A stretch of 64,000 nucleotides of DNA from an uncultured Gammaproteobacteria bacterium (GCA_964392925.1 CAYMRP010000007.1:2214-66213), one strand, 5' to 3'. Shown: positions 1 to 10,023, counted from the first letter of the stretch. The notes: generated by a model not told the origin, from the letters alone. Numbers and translations are program-made.

Positions 1-85
1 AGCTTAGTTGGACTCCTATATGGGCACTAATTTTAGGGATGGGAATAATTGTTATGTTGATATTTTCAATTAATGGATTTAATTT

Positions 86-568
86 ATGAAAACATTATTA
101 ATATATGACTCTGCCTTTGGGAATACAAAGAAGATTGCCGATGCGATAAAGGAGGGTTTGGAAGGTGAGGTGATAAGTTTACAGGCAGAAGAAATGAATA
201 TATCGCACCTGAAGGATTGTGATTTATTGATAGTGGGATCGCCAACACAGGGAGGAAGGCCCACAGAGGCGGTGAGTAATATGTTAAACAAAATTCCTAA
301 AGGAAAATTAGAGGGGACTGGGGTGGCCGCTTTTGATACCAGATTTTCGAAGCGGAAGCAGAATTTTGGGTTGAGAATTTTAATGATGGTAATTGGTTTT
401 GCGGCCGAAAAAATAGCTTCTGTTCTAGTAAATAAGGGCGGTAAGTTAATAGAAGATCCGCAGGGATTTATAGTTGAGAAAAAAGAAGGCCCTCTTAGAA
501 GTGCTGAATTTGAGAGAGCCAGACTTTGGGGGTCAGAGCTTCAGATGAGGTTGGGTAAAGCCAATTAA
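86..568 (+). CDS. Flavodoxin-like protein
   Basis: 160 aa; N-terminal MKTLLIYDSAFGNTKKIA and the later LLIVGSPTQGG are typical flavodoxin FMN-binding loops. Confidence 0.65.
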   Translation: MKTLLIYDSAFGNTKKIADAIKEGLEGEVISLQAEEMNISHLKDCDLLIVGSPTQGGRPTEAVSNMLNKIPKGKLEGTGVAAFDTRFSKRKQNFGLRILMMVIGFAAEKIASVLVNKGGKLIEDPQGFIVEKKEGPLRSAEFERARLWGSELQMRLGKAN

Positions 569-587
569 AGTTGTAGAATAGTTAATA

Positions 588-2219
588 ATGAATCTTCAAA
601 TTATACGCGGAGTTTTTCTAGCAGTTATTATACTTTTACTTCCTACGCGAGTGCTAGCCGAAGAGAAAATTAATTCCTTTGATACAAATATAGTTGCCCA
701 TAAAGATGGGACAATGACAGTTACTGAGAGTATAGTTTATGACTTTGGTGATGATAACCGGCACGGGATTTTTAGAGAGATTCCTTTGGTTTCTAAAGTA
801 GGTGAGTTATTCAGAATTATTGAGATAGATTTTAATGAAGTTAAGCGGGATGGGAAGGATGAGAATTTTGAGATAGAGAATAGGTTAAAAACTGCTGAGA
901 TTAAAATTGGAGATCCAGATAAAGAGATAACCGGCAAACATAACTACATTATTATATATACAGTTAAAAATGGGATTGGCAGTAATTATGAGGATCATGA
1001 TGAGATTTATTGGAATGCGACGGGAAACGAATGGCAAATTCCGATCGAAAATGCGAGCTATCAGATTGAAAGTGATTTTGGGGCTTTAATAATTGGGTCT
1101 GTTTGTTATACCGGGCCGGTTAGATCTAAATTTCAAAATTGCCAGATTTCCGGAAATAAAATAACTACGACTGAAGAACTAGGATCGTATCAGGGATTAA
1201 CTGTGGCGACTAAATTTCCGGTGAACACTTTCCCTAAATCTTTACTGTCGAAGTCGGAACCAGTATTTGATCCGGATTTTATAAACTTATTAAAGATCTA
1301 TTTACCAATTTTGTTTATTCTGAATTTTATTGTGGCACCCGCTATTTTGTATAAGTATTTTAAAAGTCGAAGAGGGAAAAACTACGGTAAAGCAGGAGTT
1401 AGTTTTGATATTCCTAAAGACCTATTACCGGCTGAGGCTGGAATAATTGATAATGCAACACTCGAGCGTAATGATGTAATTGCCGGAATATTTGATTTGG
1501 CCATTAAAAAGTTTTTAAAAATTGAGGAAGTAAAAGTTGTGAAAACATTAAGACCAGACGAAACAGACTACAAATTTATAAAACTAAAAGAGTATCAGGG
1601 GGAAGATAAATTTTATCAGCATTTAATGGAGGATTTATTCAACGGCAGGAATGAAATTCTAATGAAGGATTTAAAAGCCGATTTTTATAAAACTTTTAAT
1701 AAATTGGAGACGGCTGCATTTAGTTCGCTCATCAAAAAGAATTTCTATACCAAGAATCCAAAAGGAGAGATGACGTTTTTGTTGGTGATAGGGATAATAA
1801 TACTTTTTATCGGAAATATAATCTTGGGGCCGGTATTAATATTTCTTTCCAGAAAGTTAACTGGCAGAACTGAAAAAGGAGACCAGGCAGATCATCAAAT
1901 TGAGGGCTTAAAGATATTTCTAAAAGCGATGAGCAGACATCATAAATTTCAATCGAAAAATTTAATTGCGGTTGAAAAATATATTCCTTTTGCAATTGCA
2001 TTAGGGCTTCAGAATGAGTTTATGGATCAGTTAAAAGTTATTGATCCAAATTATAATCCGAGCTGGTATAGCGGAAATCACGGATTTTATTATGTGTATC
2101 CGAGTATGTATTCCTCGATGGGTTCAAATATGACCACCTCAGCTCCTTCATCATCGTCGGGCTTTTCTGGCGGGTCATCAGGCGGCGGCGGAGGTGGAGG
2201 CGGCGGCGGAAGCTGGTAG
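588..2219 (+). CDS. Membrane protein of the DUF2207-like architecture, with a C-terminal poly-Gly/Ser tail
   Basis: 543 aa; signal peptide, beta-rich ectodomain, hydrophobic helices in the middle, and a tail SSSSGFSGGSSGGGGGGGGGGSW. Confidence 0.5.
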   Translation: MNLQIIRGVFLAVIILLLPTRVLAEEKINSFDTNIVAHKDGTMTVTESIVYDFGDDNRHGIFREIPLVSKVGELFRIIEIDFNEVKRDGKDENFEIENRLKTAEIKIGDPDKEITGKHNYIIIYTVKNGIGSNYEDHDEIYWNATGNEWQIPIENASYQIESDFGALIIGSVCYTGPVRSKFQNCQISGNKITTTEELGSYQGLTVATKFPVNTFPKSLLSKSEPVFDPDFINLLKIYLPILFILNFIVAPAILYKYFKSRRGKNYGKAGVSFDIPKDLLPAEAGIIDNATLERNDVIAGIFDLAIKKFLKIEEVKVVKTLRPDETDYKFIKLKEYQGEDKFYQHLMEDLFNGRNEILMKDLKADFYKTFNKLETAAFSSLIKKNFYTKNPKGEMTFLLVIGIIILFIGNIILGPVLIFLSRKLTGRTEKGDQADHQIEGLKIFLKAMSRHHKFQSKNLIAVEKYIPFAIALGLQNEFMDQLKVIDPNYNPSWYSGNHGFYYVYPSMYSSMGSNMTTSAPSSSSGFSGGSSGGGGGGGGGGSW

Positions 2220-2297
2220 TTTAAATGGGTCATGAGTCAGGGGTTTTGATTCAGAGTGGGATTGAAATTGAGGAAATAGAGGGATATAATCTCGCGT

Positions 2298-2969
2298 ATG
2301 AACAGGAACACAATAGTTACAATTATCGTAATAGTGATAGCTTTAGCCGCAGGTGGTTATTACATGATGAGCCGGCAAGCAGCTCAACCGGCTAATACCG
2401 AAACCCAGAATATATCTGACAATACAAATTCCGGCTTAACTAAAATGACTTTGAAGGACTTTATGAATATGTCCGGCAGTCAGAAATGTCAATTTTCGGA
2501 TACAGAAACCGGCAGTTCAGGAGAGGTTTTTATCGCTGATGGTAAAACTCGAGGCGATTTTTCAACTAGTAACCAGGGCAAAGAAATGAAGTCTCATATG
2601 ATTAATGATGGTCAGAATGTTTATATATGGATGGATGACCAAACAACGGGTTTTAAAACCTCACTTTCAGCGGTTGAAGAAATGAGTAAAATGCAGGGAA
2701 CTACTGGTGTTAGTCAGACTGTTGATATAAATAAAGAAGTTGATTACAAATGCGAGAGTTGGAGCGCGGACTCATTAAAGTTTGGAGTTCCAGTTGAAAT
2801 AAAATTTCAGGATATGGGAGCGATGATGAAAAATATTCAGGGTATGCAAAGTATGTCACCAAGTTCGACTGATGATTCGATAAAAGGCAGTAAAGAGGCA
2901 TGCGGTGCTTGTGATAATTTAGAAGGCGAACAAAGAGATTCTTGTCGATCGGCTTTAAAGTGTAGCTGA
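2298..2969 (+). CDS. Hypothetical membrane-anchored protein with a Cys-rich C-terminus
   Basis: 223 aa; N-terminal TM anchor TIVTIIVIVIALAAGGYY, Met/Gln-rich middle, C-terminal CGACDNLEGEQRDSCRSALKCS. Confidence 0.45.
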   Translation: MNRNTIVTIIVIVIALAAGGYYMMSRQAAQPANTETQNISDNTNSGLTKMTLKDFMNMSGSQKCQFSDTETGSSGEVFIADGKTRGDFSTSNQGKEMKSHMINDGQNVYIWMDDQTTGFKTSLSAVEEMSKMQGTTGVSQTVDINKEVDYKCESWSADSLKFGVPVEIKFQDMGAMMKNIQGMQSMSPSSTDDSIKGSKEACGACDNLEGEQRDSCRSALKCS

Positions 2970-3136
2970 CTTCAGAATTCATAATTAGCTCTGCATACTC
3001 GCGATTCATACATTCAAAGGCTTGATAAATAGTTTGATGGACTTTTAGGATAGTTAGATTTATACTAAATAGTTTAGTAAATACCGCTAGGTCTGCCGTT
3101 AGCTAGTTTTAGCAAGCGGCTTTCTTTTCGGCCAAC

Positions 3137-4462
3137 ATGATTACACAACCATATCAAATACACCAAAATGATCGGGAGCAGCAGGCCAGAAATTTAGGGC
3201 TGTCATTGGGGGAGTTTGACAGACTGGTTGAATCATCAAATAAGGCTTTTGAAACTTTTTATGATTTAGGTCCTTTTTATGGTAATGAGGAAATTAAAGA
3301 GCCAACATTTAGAGTTACAGCTGAACCAGTGAAATTGCCAAAAGGGTCAAAATTGATTCTTGAGAATTTAGGAGTTGACCTGTTCCATTTGGCAAAAGCT
3401 TTAAAGAATTTGCCAGAGCCAGTCAAACAAAAATTGGGTAATGATTTGGATTTTCATATTCCACCAACTTGGAGGATTGATGTGATTATTTCAGAGAATG
3501 GTAAATTACGAGTAAATGAAATAGAAGGTAGAGATGGAGCTAATGCTTTGATGATTGCTGAGCAACTTGCTTATGATCTAATTCCGTTAAAGAATTCAAC
3601 AGCAGCGAAACTTATTCCGGCTTTAAAAGCCATGACTGCAAAATCGGATGAGATAAAATTAGCTTTAGTCAGACTAGATATAACTCACGATGCATATGCA
3701 GTTAATGCGGAAAAATTTATAAGCTTTATAAAGAGACTGTCAACGAATGAAGTGATTGTAGAGCATTTAAATGAAACTGATATTAGATCCGGACTTCTAA
3801 AACCAAAATGGGAAGAGTACGACGGGATTTTGAATGAGGGATCATTGTCGCCAAAGGATCTCTTTGAATTGGGTGCCAAGGAGGAACAACTATTGGCAGC
3901 CGGGAACTATAACGCTCTTGTTAATAAAGGGACTATTGCAATTCTTTTTGATGAAACTTTGAGTGATTTTTGGACAAATAATTTAGGAGTAGAAAGATTT
4001 GAAAGGCTTAAGGAGATACTGATATATTCAAGATTTATAGAGTCGAAAGAAGATTTAGAAAAAGCAAGAAAAGGTAAAAAGGTTGTGAAGGTTTCTTGGG
4101 CAGGAAGTGATATTTCTTTGATAAACCGGTCAAAAGGTGTGGCGTTGCCGGAAGGGGCAATGGTTCAGGCGAGTATCGAGAGGTGGGAGATGTTAAAAGA
4201 TTTGGTTGATAAAGGTGTCAAAATTGTTGCTCAAGATTTTGTGACACCAGCCAGAATCCCGGCATATTTGCGGAAAAAGGGCACGAATTTGGAATATGTG
4301 GAATGGTATAACCGTTTGTGTGTAAAGTATGTTGTAAATGGTAATCCAAATGATGATACGAACCCGTCTATTTCGTTGACTGCTGCTGAAGTGACACTTG
4401 GTCCAGATATTGTGCCTGCAGGTCGAAGTTGTGCATTTACAGCCGCATCTTTTGATGAATAA
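3137..4462 (+). CDS. Hypothetical protein
   Basis: 441-aa ORF with no motif I recognise; coding-like composition. Confidence 0.5.
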   Translation: MITQPYQIHQNDREQQARNLGLSLGEFDRLVESSNKAFETFYDLGPFYGNEEIKEPTFRVTAEPVKLPKGSKLILENLGVDLFHLAKALKNLPEPVKQKLGNDLDFHIPPTWRIDVIISENGKLRVNEIEGRDGANALMIAEQLAYDLIPLKNSTAAKLIPALKAMTAKSDEIKLALVRLDITHDAYAVNAEKFISFIKRLSTNEVIVEHLNETDIRSGLLKPKWEEYDGILNEGSLSPKDLFELGAKEEQLLAAGNYNALVNKGTIAILFDETLSDFWTNNLGVERFERLKEILIYSRFIESKEDLEKARKGKKVVKVSWAGSDISLINRSKGVALPEGAMVQASIERWEMLKDLVDKGVKIVAQDFVTPARIPAYLRKKGTNLEYVEWYNRLCVKYVVNGNPNDDTNPSISLTAAEVTLGPDIVPAGRSCAFTAASFDE

Positions 4463-4466
4463 AAAT

Positions 4467-4494
4467 TTGACATTTGATTAGGATAGGCTATAAT
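4467..4494 (+). promoter_or_regulatory. Sigma70-type promoter driving the tRNA
   Basis: TTGACA (4467-4472), a 16-nt spacer, then TATAAT (4489-4494), about 18 nt upstream of the tRNA 5' end. Confidence 0.55.
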
Positions 4495-4512
4495 ATGCAT
4501 TGGTAAATTTTT

Positions 4513-4614
4513 GGAGGGGTCGCATAGTCGGCCTAGTGCCACGGAGTATGGATTTCCTTACAGCCGTGCCTCGCGATTGCGGGGACGTATGTTCGAATCG
4601 TACCCCCTCCGCCA
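4513..4614 (+). tRNA. Type-II (long variable arm) tRNA with an atypically long anticodon-arm region; isotype unresolved
   Basis: 7-bp acceptor stem GGAGGGG/CCCCTCC, discriminator G and encoded CCA. T-arm GTATG-TTCGAAT-CGTAC. Variable-arm hairpin CTCGC-GATT-GCGGG. 3-bp D-stem GCA/TGC. The anticodon region is CACGG-(19 nt)-CCGTG rather than the usual 5-bp stem plus 7-nt loop. Confidence 0.6.
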
Positions 4615-4616
4615 GC

Positions 4617-4646
4617 AAAGGAGGAGCTTAACCGCTCCTCCTTTTT
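4617..4646 (+). terminator. Rho-independent terminator
   Basis: Perfect 11-bp stem AAAGGAGGAGC / GCTCCTCCTTT with loop TTAACC, followed by a T-run, directly after the tRNA. Confidence 0.7.
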
Positions 4647-4753
4647 AGTAGAAAAGCATTTTGTTGAAGTGCGATTTTTGAAAAATTAAGTTACAATTAA
4701 GTTTCGGCTCCAGGTCTTTTGAAATAAAATTTATATCTAAAAAATAAAACACT

Positions 4754-6370
4754 ATGATAGACCAACCCACGACTCCTACTTATGCTGATGATAATAATAA
4801 AGCTCAGCAGTTTAAAGCATTTGATACCGGGACTGAAAAAAGCGATAGCAATTTAACTCCAGAATCTTTTGAAGCCTTTAAAAAGTATGTTTTTTCAGAG
4901 CAGACCAATATAAGCAATCTTTATAATGAGATTGGTGAAACACCATTTTATAATTACTCAAGGGCACAAGTTAGGGAGAATAGAAACAAGATCACCAGAA
5001 GCCGGAAACTTGAATCAATTCCGATAATTAAAGAAGAAGTACGAAGAGTGTTGGGAAGCGAGATTGCAGAAAGTGTTGGTAAGCAACTTAAAACTAATGA
5101 TAGTATCGCGACGGTCCAGCATCACGCGCCTTTAGGGCATCCGGATACTTTGAATGCGACCATTGCTGGAGCTTTGCCTTACTTTGGCTCAAGCAATCCA
5201 GAACACCAAAATCTCTTAGTGTTTGCCTGCGCGGGTGTGTCGTTTAATAATGCTAAATTTCCTAAGGGTCATCTATTCCACAGCATGGTTGAGGGGAAAT
5301 TAAGCACACATCAATTTACTTTTTTTGGACATACTGTTGATCCGCGTCCGGTGATGCATCATCATGCTTATGATTATGAAGATATAGTTAGTATTCAAAA
5401 CGCCAGACAACAGCAAAAGAGGGAAGGCTTAATAACTGAGGATACATACAATAGATTAATGAGTTTAGTCAAAGAGATTTACAGTTCCCCACATCCTTTA
5501 TCTTTGAATGATTATGTTGATCAAGTAACAGTAAGCAATTACTGGTTATTTAAAAAGTTATTTGAGAATTATAAAAAGAGTGTTCCTAATTTGGTATTTT
5601 TGTCACAAGAAAAAATAGCCCTTCAGTTGATGATGGCATATCACTTAGATAATAAAACTTCTATAAACAGAATGATGTTTGATTCTGAGGTTTTGGATTT
5701 GATCGAAACTCATTTTGACGGAATATCAGGTGCATTTTCAAAGAAGGAAGGGCTCGGAACATTTCTTTTTTGGGCATTACCAAAACATGGTAAGTATAGA
5801 GTTCAGCTTTATAGAAATGGAAATTTCTTAGAGGATAAAGAAGGATCTTATAAAGTAGAGTTAACACCGGAGAGCATAAGAAAAGCGGTTAACAATAACG
5901 AACTTATTCCATCAGTTATGTTAAGTTTTTCGATTCTAGCTTGTTACTACGGTTATATTTTAGGCGGCGGACATCTGCAGACAGAATATTTAGCACAAAT
6001 GAAAGAAGCTTATGCAAAAGTTATGGAAAAAGTGGGGGAGATTGAGAGCGTTGAAGCGGTTGAGGGATTAACTACAAATAATTTTTTGATACCCCGGCCG
6101 ACTTTACTATATTTAAAATCGAATGGAAAAAGAATTCCGGCAACGGGAATTGATATGCTGATGTACGGTGACCGGGGAGAGAATTGGTCATTAATTTTGG
6201 AGGCTTCTAAAAAAGTTACAATGGGAAAAATAATTGAAAGAATTTTGCCTGGGCTTTTAAGAGATACCAACGACACAGAGAATGTTGAAATGTCTAAAAT
6301 TACAGAACGGGATATCGAAGAATTCAATGGACTAGATAAAATAATTCCAGAGATGTTTGAGATAAACTAA
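4754..6370 (+). CDS. Hypothetical protein
   Basis: 538-aa ORF, no recognisable motif. Confidence 0.5.
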   Translation: MIDQPTTPTYADDNNKAQQFKAFDTGTEKSDSNLTPESFEAFKKYVFSEQTNISNLYNEIGETPFYNYSRAQVRENRNKITRSRKLESIPIIKEEVRRVLGSEIAESVGKQLKTNDSIATVQHHAPLGHPDTLNATIAGALPYFGSSNPEHQNLLVFACAGVSFNNAKFPKGHLFHSMVEGKLSTHQFTFFGHTVDPRPVMHHHAYDYEDIVSIQNARQQQKREGLITEDTYNRLMSLVKEIYSSPHPLSLNDYVDQVTVSNYWLFKKLFENYKKSVPNLVFLSQEKIALQLMMAYHLDNKTSINRMMFDSEVLDLIETHFDGISGAFSKKEGLGTFLFWALPKHGKYRVQLYRNGNFLEDKEGSYKVELTPESIRKAVNNNELIPSVMLSFSILACYYGYILGGGHLQTEYLAQMKEAYAKVMEKVGEIESVEAVEGLTTNNFLIPRPTLLYLKSNGKRIPATGIDMLMYGDRGENWSLILEASKKVTMGKIIERILPGLLRDTNDTENVEMSKITERDIEEFNGLDKIIPEMFEIN

Positions 6371-6463
6371 CTCCTCCTGCAAGATCGCTTTAAAATACAC
6401 AAATCACACATTAAGATCCGTCCTATAGTTTAATTTTAGTTAATTTTTTAGTATAATTAACTA

Positions 6464-7204
6464 ATGATAGAAGAACTGATTGTCGGATCCCGGGCTGACA
6501 GACGACTTTTAAGAAAGCCGACAGCTGAAATACGCGATCTCTCTAAGCTTGTCCCAAAATTATATGATGTTTCTGGCGGTGGGGTTTGCTCTAAAACACC
6601 TACTAATTATAGTGGGAGTTTGATACTGGCTTTGATGAATAATGCTGATGAAAGTAGAGGGTTGGAATGTGGAGCTGAATCACCAGTAACAATTTTAAAT
6701 GAGATAGATATCTCTATCTATAATAAAGAGTTGCGAAGGTATACGAAAACCGGATTTAGAGCTGGGCAAGTTATACGTAAAATGGGCTGTGGGATGGATC
6801 TAGGTTTGGTAACTTCAGGACCAATGTCAGGACTAGTCGTTAAAGCTGAGGAGTCTTCTGTGGCTAATAATCAAATGTACGCTGTTAGAGTTTTGAATGA
6901 TCTGCCGGTTGGGGAAGGAGGCTCTCCTGATCCCGCTGATTCAGCTATTTCTCATAGTTTGGTAAATCACAAGCAGCTGACTTCAGCATATAAGAAAGAG
7001 GTGGAGAAAGTGGTGTTTGAGAATCCTAATGCCCATGAGTCAGATTTAATTTTCTCTTTATGTGCGAGGTTGGGGATAGCTGTAGATCGTGAATCCTTTC
7101 ATATCACCAGATGGATAACTCCTGAGAAGGCTATCAGGGAAGAGGCGGCAATAAGGGAAGAGCTTTTTAGAGATTTTGAAGAGGCTCTTTTGGGCGGCCG
7201 TTAA
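6464..7204 (+). CDS. Hypothetical protein
   Basis: 246-aa ORF, no recognisable motif. Confidence 0.45.
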   Translation: MIEELIVGSRADRRLLRKPTAEIRDLSKLVPKLYDVSGGGVCSKTPTNYSGSLILALMNNADESRGLECGAESPVTILNEIDISIYNKELRRYTKTGFRAGQVIRKMGCGMDLGLVTSGPMSGLVVKAEESSVANNQMYAVRVLNDLPVGEGGSPDPADSAISHSLVNHKQLTSAYKKEVEKVVFENPNAHESDLIFSLCARLGIAVDRESFHITRWITPEKAIREEAAIREELFRDFEEALLGGR

Positions 7205-7668
7205 GATTTTGATTTTAAGAAGAAAGATATTACTGCAGAATAGATAGTTCCAAAGATTAGACTAAATAGAAATTGGGCAATCATATCCGCCATAACGACT
7301 GATTCAAAAGAAGTGTTGTTGTCTAATTGGTATGCGTCTCTAACAAAACCTACGATTTCCGGATTAACTAAATAATAATAAGCGGCGAAAATAAATGGAG
7401 AAACAATCCCAAAAACTAGCGAAATTCTAATACCTTCCAAAAGGCCTTGTTTGAAAGTGAGTTTGCCTTTTTGGAGAGATTTTTTAGAGCGAATTCCTAA
7501 AAACCAAACTATAAAAGGAGCTATTACGATGGTAGACATTTCGATGGGGGATTGGCCGGGGAAGTGGGTTTGGTATTGGCCGCTAAGCTGCATCACAGAG
7601 AGCATTAGAACAATAATGCCTGACATGATAAGGCCGTATTTTATATAATTTTGGTTTAGAAGTTTCAC
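7201..7668 (-). CDS. Hypothetical integral membrane protein
   Basis: 155 aa with 4 predicted hydrophobic helices; converges on the end of the preceding gene. Confidence 0.45.
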   Translation of the reverse strand: MKLLNQNYIKYGLIMSGIIVLMLSVMQLSGQYQTHFPGQSPIEMSTIVIAPFIVWFLGIRSKKSLQKGKLTFKQGLLEGIRISLVFGIVSPFIFAAYYYLVNPEIVGFVRDAYQLDNNTSFESVVMADMIAQFLFSLIFGTIYSAVISFFLKSKS

Positions 7669-7767
7669 TTAGAATACTTTATCACAGTTTTTAAATTTTG
7701 AAAATTCTATTTCTTTTCTTATAAGAGGGCATAGGTTGAGATAACAGGCTAAATTATATATAATCTG

Positions 7768-8568
7768 ATGCTTATGGCGGGAGAATTTGATATTAGAGCT
7801 TTATTTGGAGATGACGAGTTGTTGGGGCTAAACCAATTACCTGAGGGACCTATGGTTCCCAAGACCCAAGTGATAAGAGAAGAATCATTTGCGGGCTGGA
7901 AAGAAAGAATGGCAATTATTCAGCCTGAAAAAGGAGAAAAGCTAGTATTGTCTTCTGGGCTTACAGATATTGAAGTTAGTACAGTTCCAAGAGTAAGTGT
8001 TGAATTTAAATGGTATACGGAGGAGTTGCCTAAAGTTTTGAGAAAAATAAAACCAGAAGACTTGCTGAATGCTCATAAGCAAATTAAAGAAATGCAGCAG
8101 TGGATGTTTGTGGATATACCAAAACTTTTAGGTTTCGGTCTCTATGATGATCGGGAGACATTCAGTAAATATCTGAAATCAACCGCAGTATCTATCAAGT
8201 TTGATGGTGATGAGAAAGATACAGATTTTAGTTTTAGAACAAAGGATGATGAATTAAGATTTGGAATAAATTTTGCTGCAAGATCGGATCGGATTCGAGC
8301 TATGAGAATTCAAGGGGGAGCAAATGGGTCGAGTACTGATTTTATTGTAGGGGTTAATTATGAACAACGAAACACCCGGGATGAGATGCTTTTAACATTA
8401 CCAGCAGATAAAAGAGGCATAACTGCTTGTAATGGAGAGGTGGGCAACTGGCTGCTAGGAACTCATCTTAGGTCGGCAAATATGGGGGACTTAACTATGC
8501 CAGGGGCTAATCTTAGTGTGGCAATGCAGGGTATAGTTGAGCGAACAATGGGTAAGCGGCAGAGATAA
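7768..8568 (+). CDS. Hypothetical protein
   Basis: 266-aa ORF. Confidence 0.45.
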   Translation: MLMAGEFDIRALFGDDELLGLNQLPEGPMVPKTQVIREESFAGWKERMAIIQPEKGEKLVLSSGLTDIEVSTVPRVSVEFKWYTEELPKVLRKIKPEDLLNAHKQIKEMQQWMFVDIPKLLGFGLYDDRETFSKYLKSTAVSIKFDGDEKDTDFSFRTKDDELRFGINFAARSDRIRAMRIQGGANGSSTDFIVGVNYEQRNTRDEMLLTLPADKRGITACNGEVGNWLLGTHLRSANMGDLTMPGANLSVAMQGIVERTMGKRQR

Positions 8569-8577
8569 CAGATTTAC

Positions 8578-8892
8578 TTATTTCTTTTTAGCGGGCAGGC
8601 TTTTGGTGGTAATTTCAACAAGAGCACAAAGATATTCTTTATCGTCCCAATAATCTTCTGAGATTTGAAAATAGTTTTTAGCGCCCGGATAAGGAGGAGC
8701 TTCGGTGGGCGTACCAATATATTCTCTGCCTGCATCAGTAGGTTTGATAAATAATTTATCGTCGCAAACTAATCCAATAACTTTTTCGTTACAGTAAAGA
8801 GCGTACTCGCCAAACATTTTTCTAAATCTGATATTGCCAGCGTTCTCTAGTTGTTCGGTTAGGAAATTAATAGTTGAAGGGTTAGTTGCCAT
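8578..8892 (-). CDS. TfoX/Sxy N-terminal domain protein
   Basis: 104 aa; FRKMFGEYALYCNEKVIGLVCDDKLFIKPTD matches the TfoX_N pattern (MFGgyalY...kifalv.dd.LylK). Confidence 0.55.
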   Translation of the reverse strand: MATNPSTINFLTEQLENAGNIRFRKMFGEYALYCNEKVIGLVCDDKLFIKPTDAGREYIGTPTEAPPYPGAKNYFQISEDYWDDKEYLCALVEITTKSLPAKKK

Positions 8893-8953
8893 AAAGAGAT
8901 TATATCTTAAGTACGCTAACTTTTTTTATACTATTGGCAGTCTATACTAATGA

Positions 8954-9334
8954 GTGATAAGATACGGTATGACTCTTGAAGAGGTTGAGGATGTGGTTGA
9001 GGAAACTATAAATAATTTACCTGTCGAATTTTCGGGAGCTCTGGATAATGTTGGGGTTGTAGTTGAACCCTGGCCGACTGAGCAGGAATTTGAAGATATT
9101 AAAGCGCATCCGACAAACACATTATTATTCGGTTTATATAGAGGAATTCCAAAAACCAAAAGGCCTTGGAGTTATTCGGCTTTGCCCGATAAGATCACTA
9201 TTTATGCAGGTCCGATTTTGATGATTTCAAAAGATTTAGAGGATGCGAAAGAAAGAATAAAGAAAACTGTTTTGCATGAAATTGGTCATCATTTTGGAAT
9301 GAGTGATGAGCAATTAAGAAGCAGAGGTATATAG
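8954..9334 (+). CDS. Small zinc metallopeptidase-family protein (HExxH)
   Basis: 126 aa; C-terminal VLHEIGHHFGMSDEQL, as in the small predicted Zn-metallopeptidase family. True start may be the internal MTLEEV. Confidence 0.55.
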   Translation: MIRYGMTLEEVEDVVEETINNLPVEFSGALDNVGVVVEPWPTEQEFEDIKAHPTNTLLFGLYRGIPKTKRPWSYSALPDKITIYAGPILMISKDLEDAKERIKKTVLHEIGHHFGMSDEQLRSRGI

Positions 9335-9363
9335 AATATAAAGCCAAGTGTTTTTATTCGTAC

Positions 9364-9936
9364 TTGCGGGCTAATACGAAATATAGTACTCTAAAAATCA
9401 TGAATGAAGAGAAATGTCCTAAATGCGGTGCGCCACTTAGCGAAGTTATAGAAACTCCAACTGGTAAAAAGTTGCAGAGATGTTCAACTGGTTCCTGGAA
9501 TAAAGAAACAAAAAAGAATGAGGGTTGTGATTATGTGAAGTGGTTAGAAGTTGCTCCTGAAGAATTAGATGAGAAATGTCCTAAATGCGGAAATCCGTTA
9601 GTACTTCAGGTAACCCGTTTTGGCAAGAAGATGAAGAAATGTTCAACAGGCGGTTGGGATTCAAAAGAGAAAAAGGCGACAGGATGTGACTATGTGGAAT
9701 GGATTAGTAATAATAAAACTGAACCTCTGGATATGGATTGTCCTGAGTGTGGTAATAAATTAGTTTTATTCACAACTTCTACAGGTAAGAAAGCTGAAAA
9801 ATGTTCAACAGGCGGTTGGGATTCAAAAGCTAAAAAGGCAACGGGTTGTACATATATTAGATGGTTGAAACCTGGAGAAGTTCCAGTTTCTTCTGCAGGC
9901 GAAGAATTCTTACCGCCTCCTCCTACGGAAGAATAA
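9364..9936 (+). CDS. Triple zinc-ribbon protein (topoisomerase-type C4 zinc-finger repeats)
   Basis: 190 aa; three roughly 50-aa repeats, each CPKCG.PL...GKK...CSTG.W......GCDYV.W. Confidence 0.55.
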   Translation: MRANTKYSTLKIMNEEKCPKCGAPLSEVIETPTGKKLQRCSTGSWNKETKKNEGCDYVKWLEVAPEELDEKCPKCGNPLVLQVTRFGKKMKKCSTGGWDSKEKKATGCDYVEWISNNKTEPLDMDCPECGNKLVLFTTSTGKKAEKCSTGGWDSKAKKATGCTYIRWLKPGEVPVSSAGEEFLPPPPTEE

Positions 9937-10023
9937 TTTTCTTACTGAGCTATTTCTTACATTGTCTTCACATTAAACTCATCCTTTATAGATAGTATTA
10001 ATTAAGAAAGGAGGGGAAGAATA

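Noticed and set aside
737-2001. Antisense ORFs of 64-66 aa (737-937, 1807-2001) within the 588-2219 gene
   Set aside because: Short shadow ORFs inside a well-supported longer CDS.
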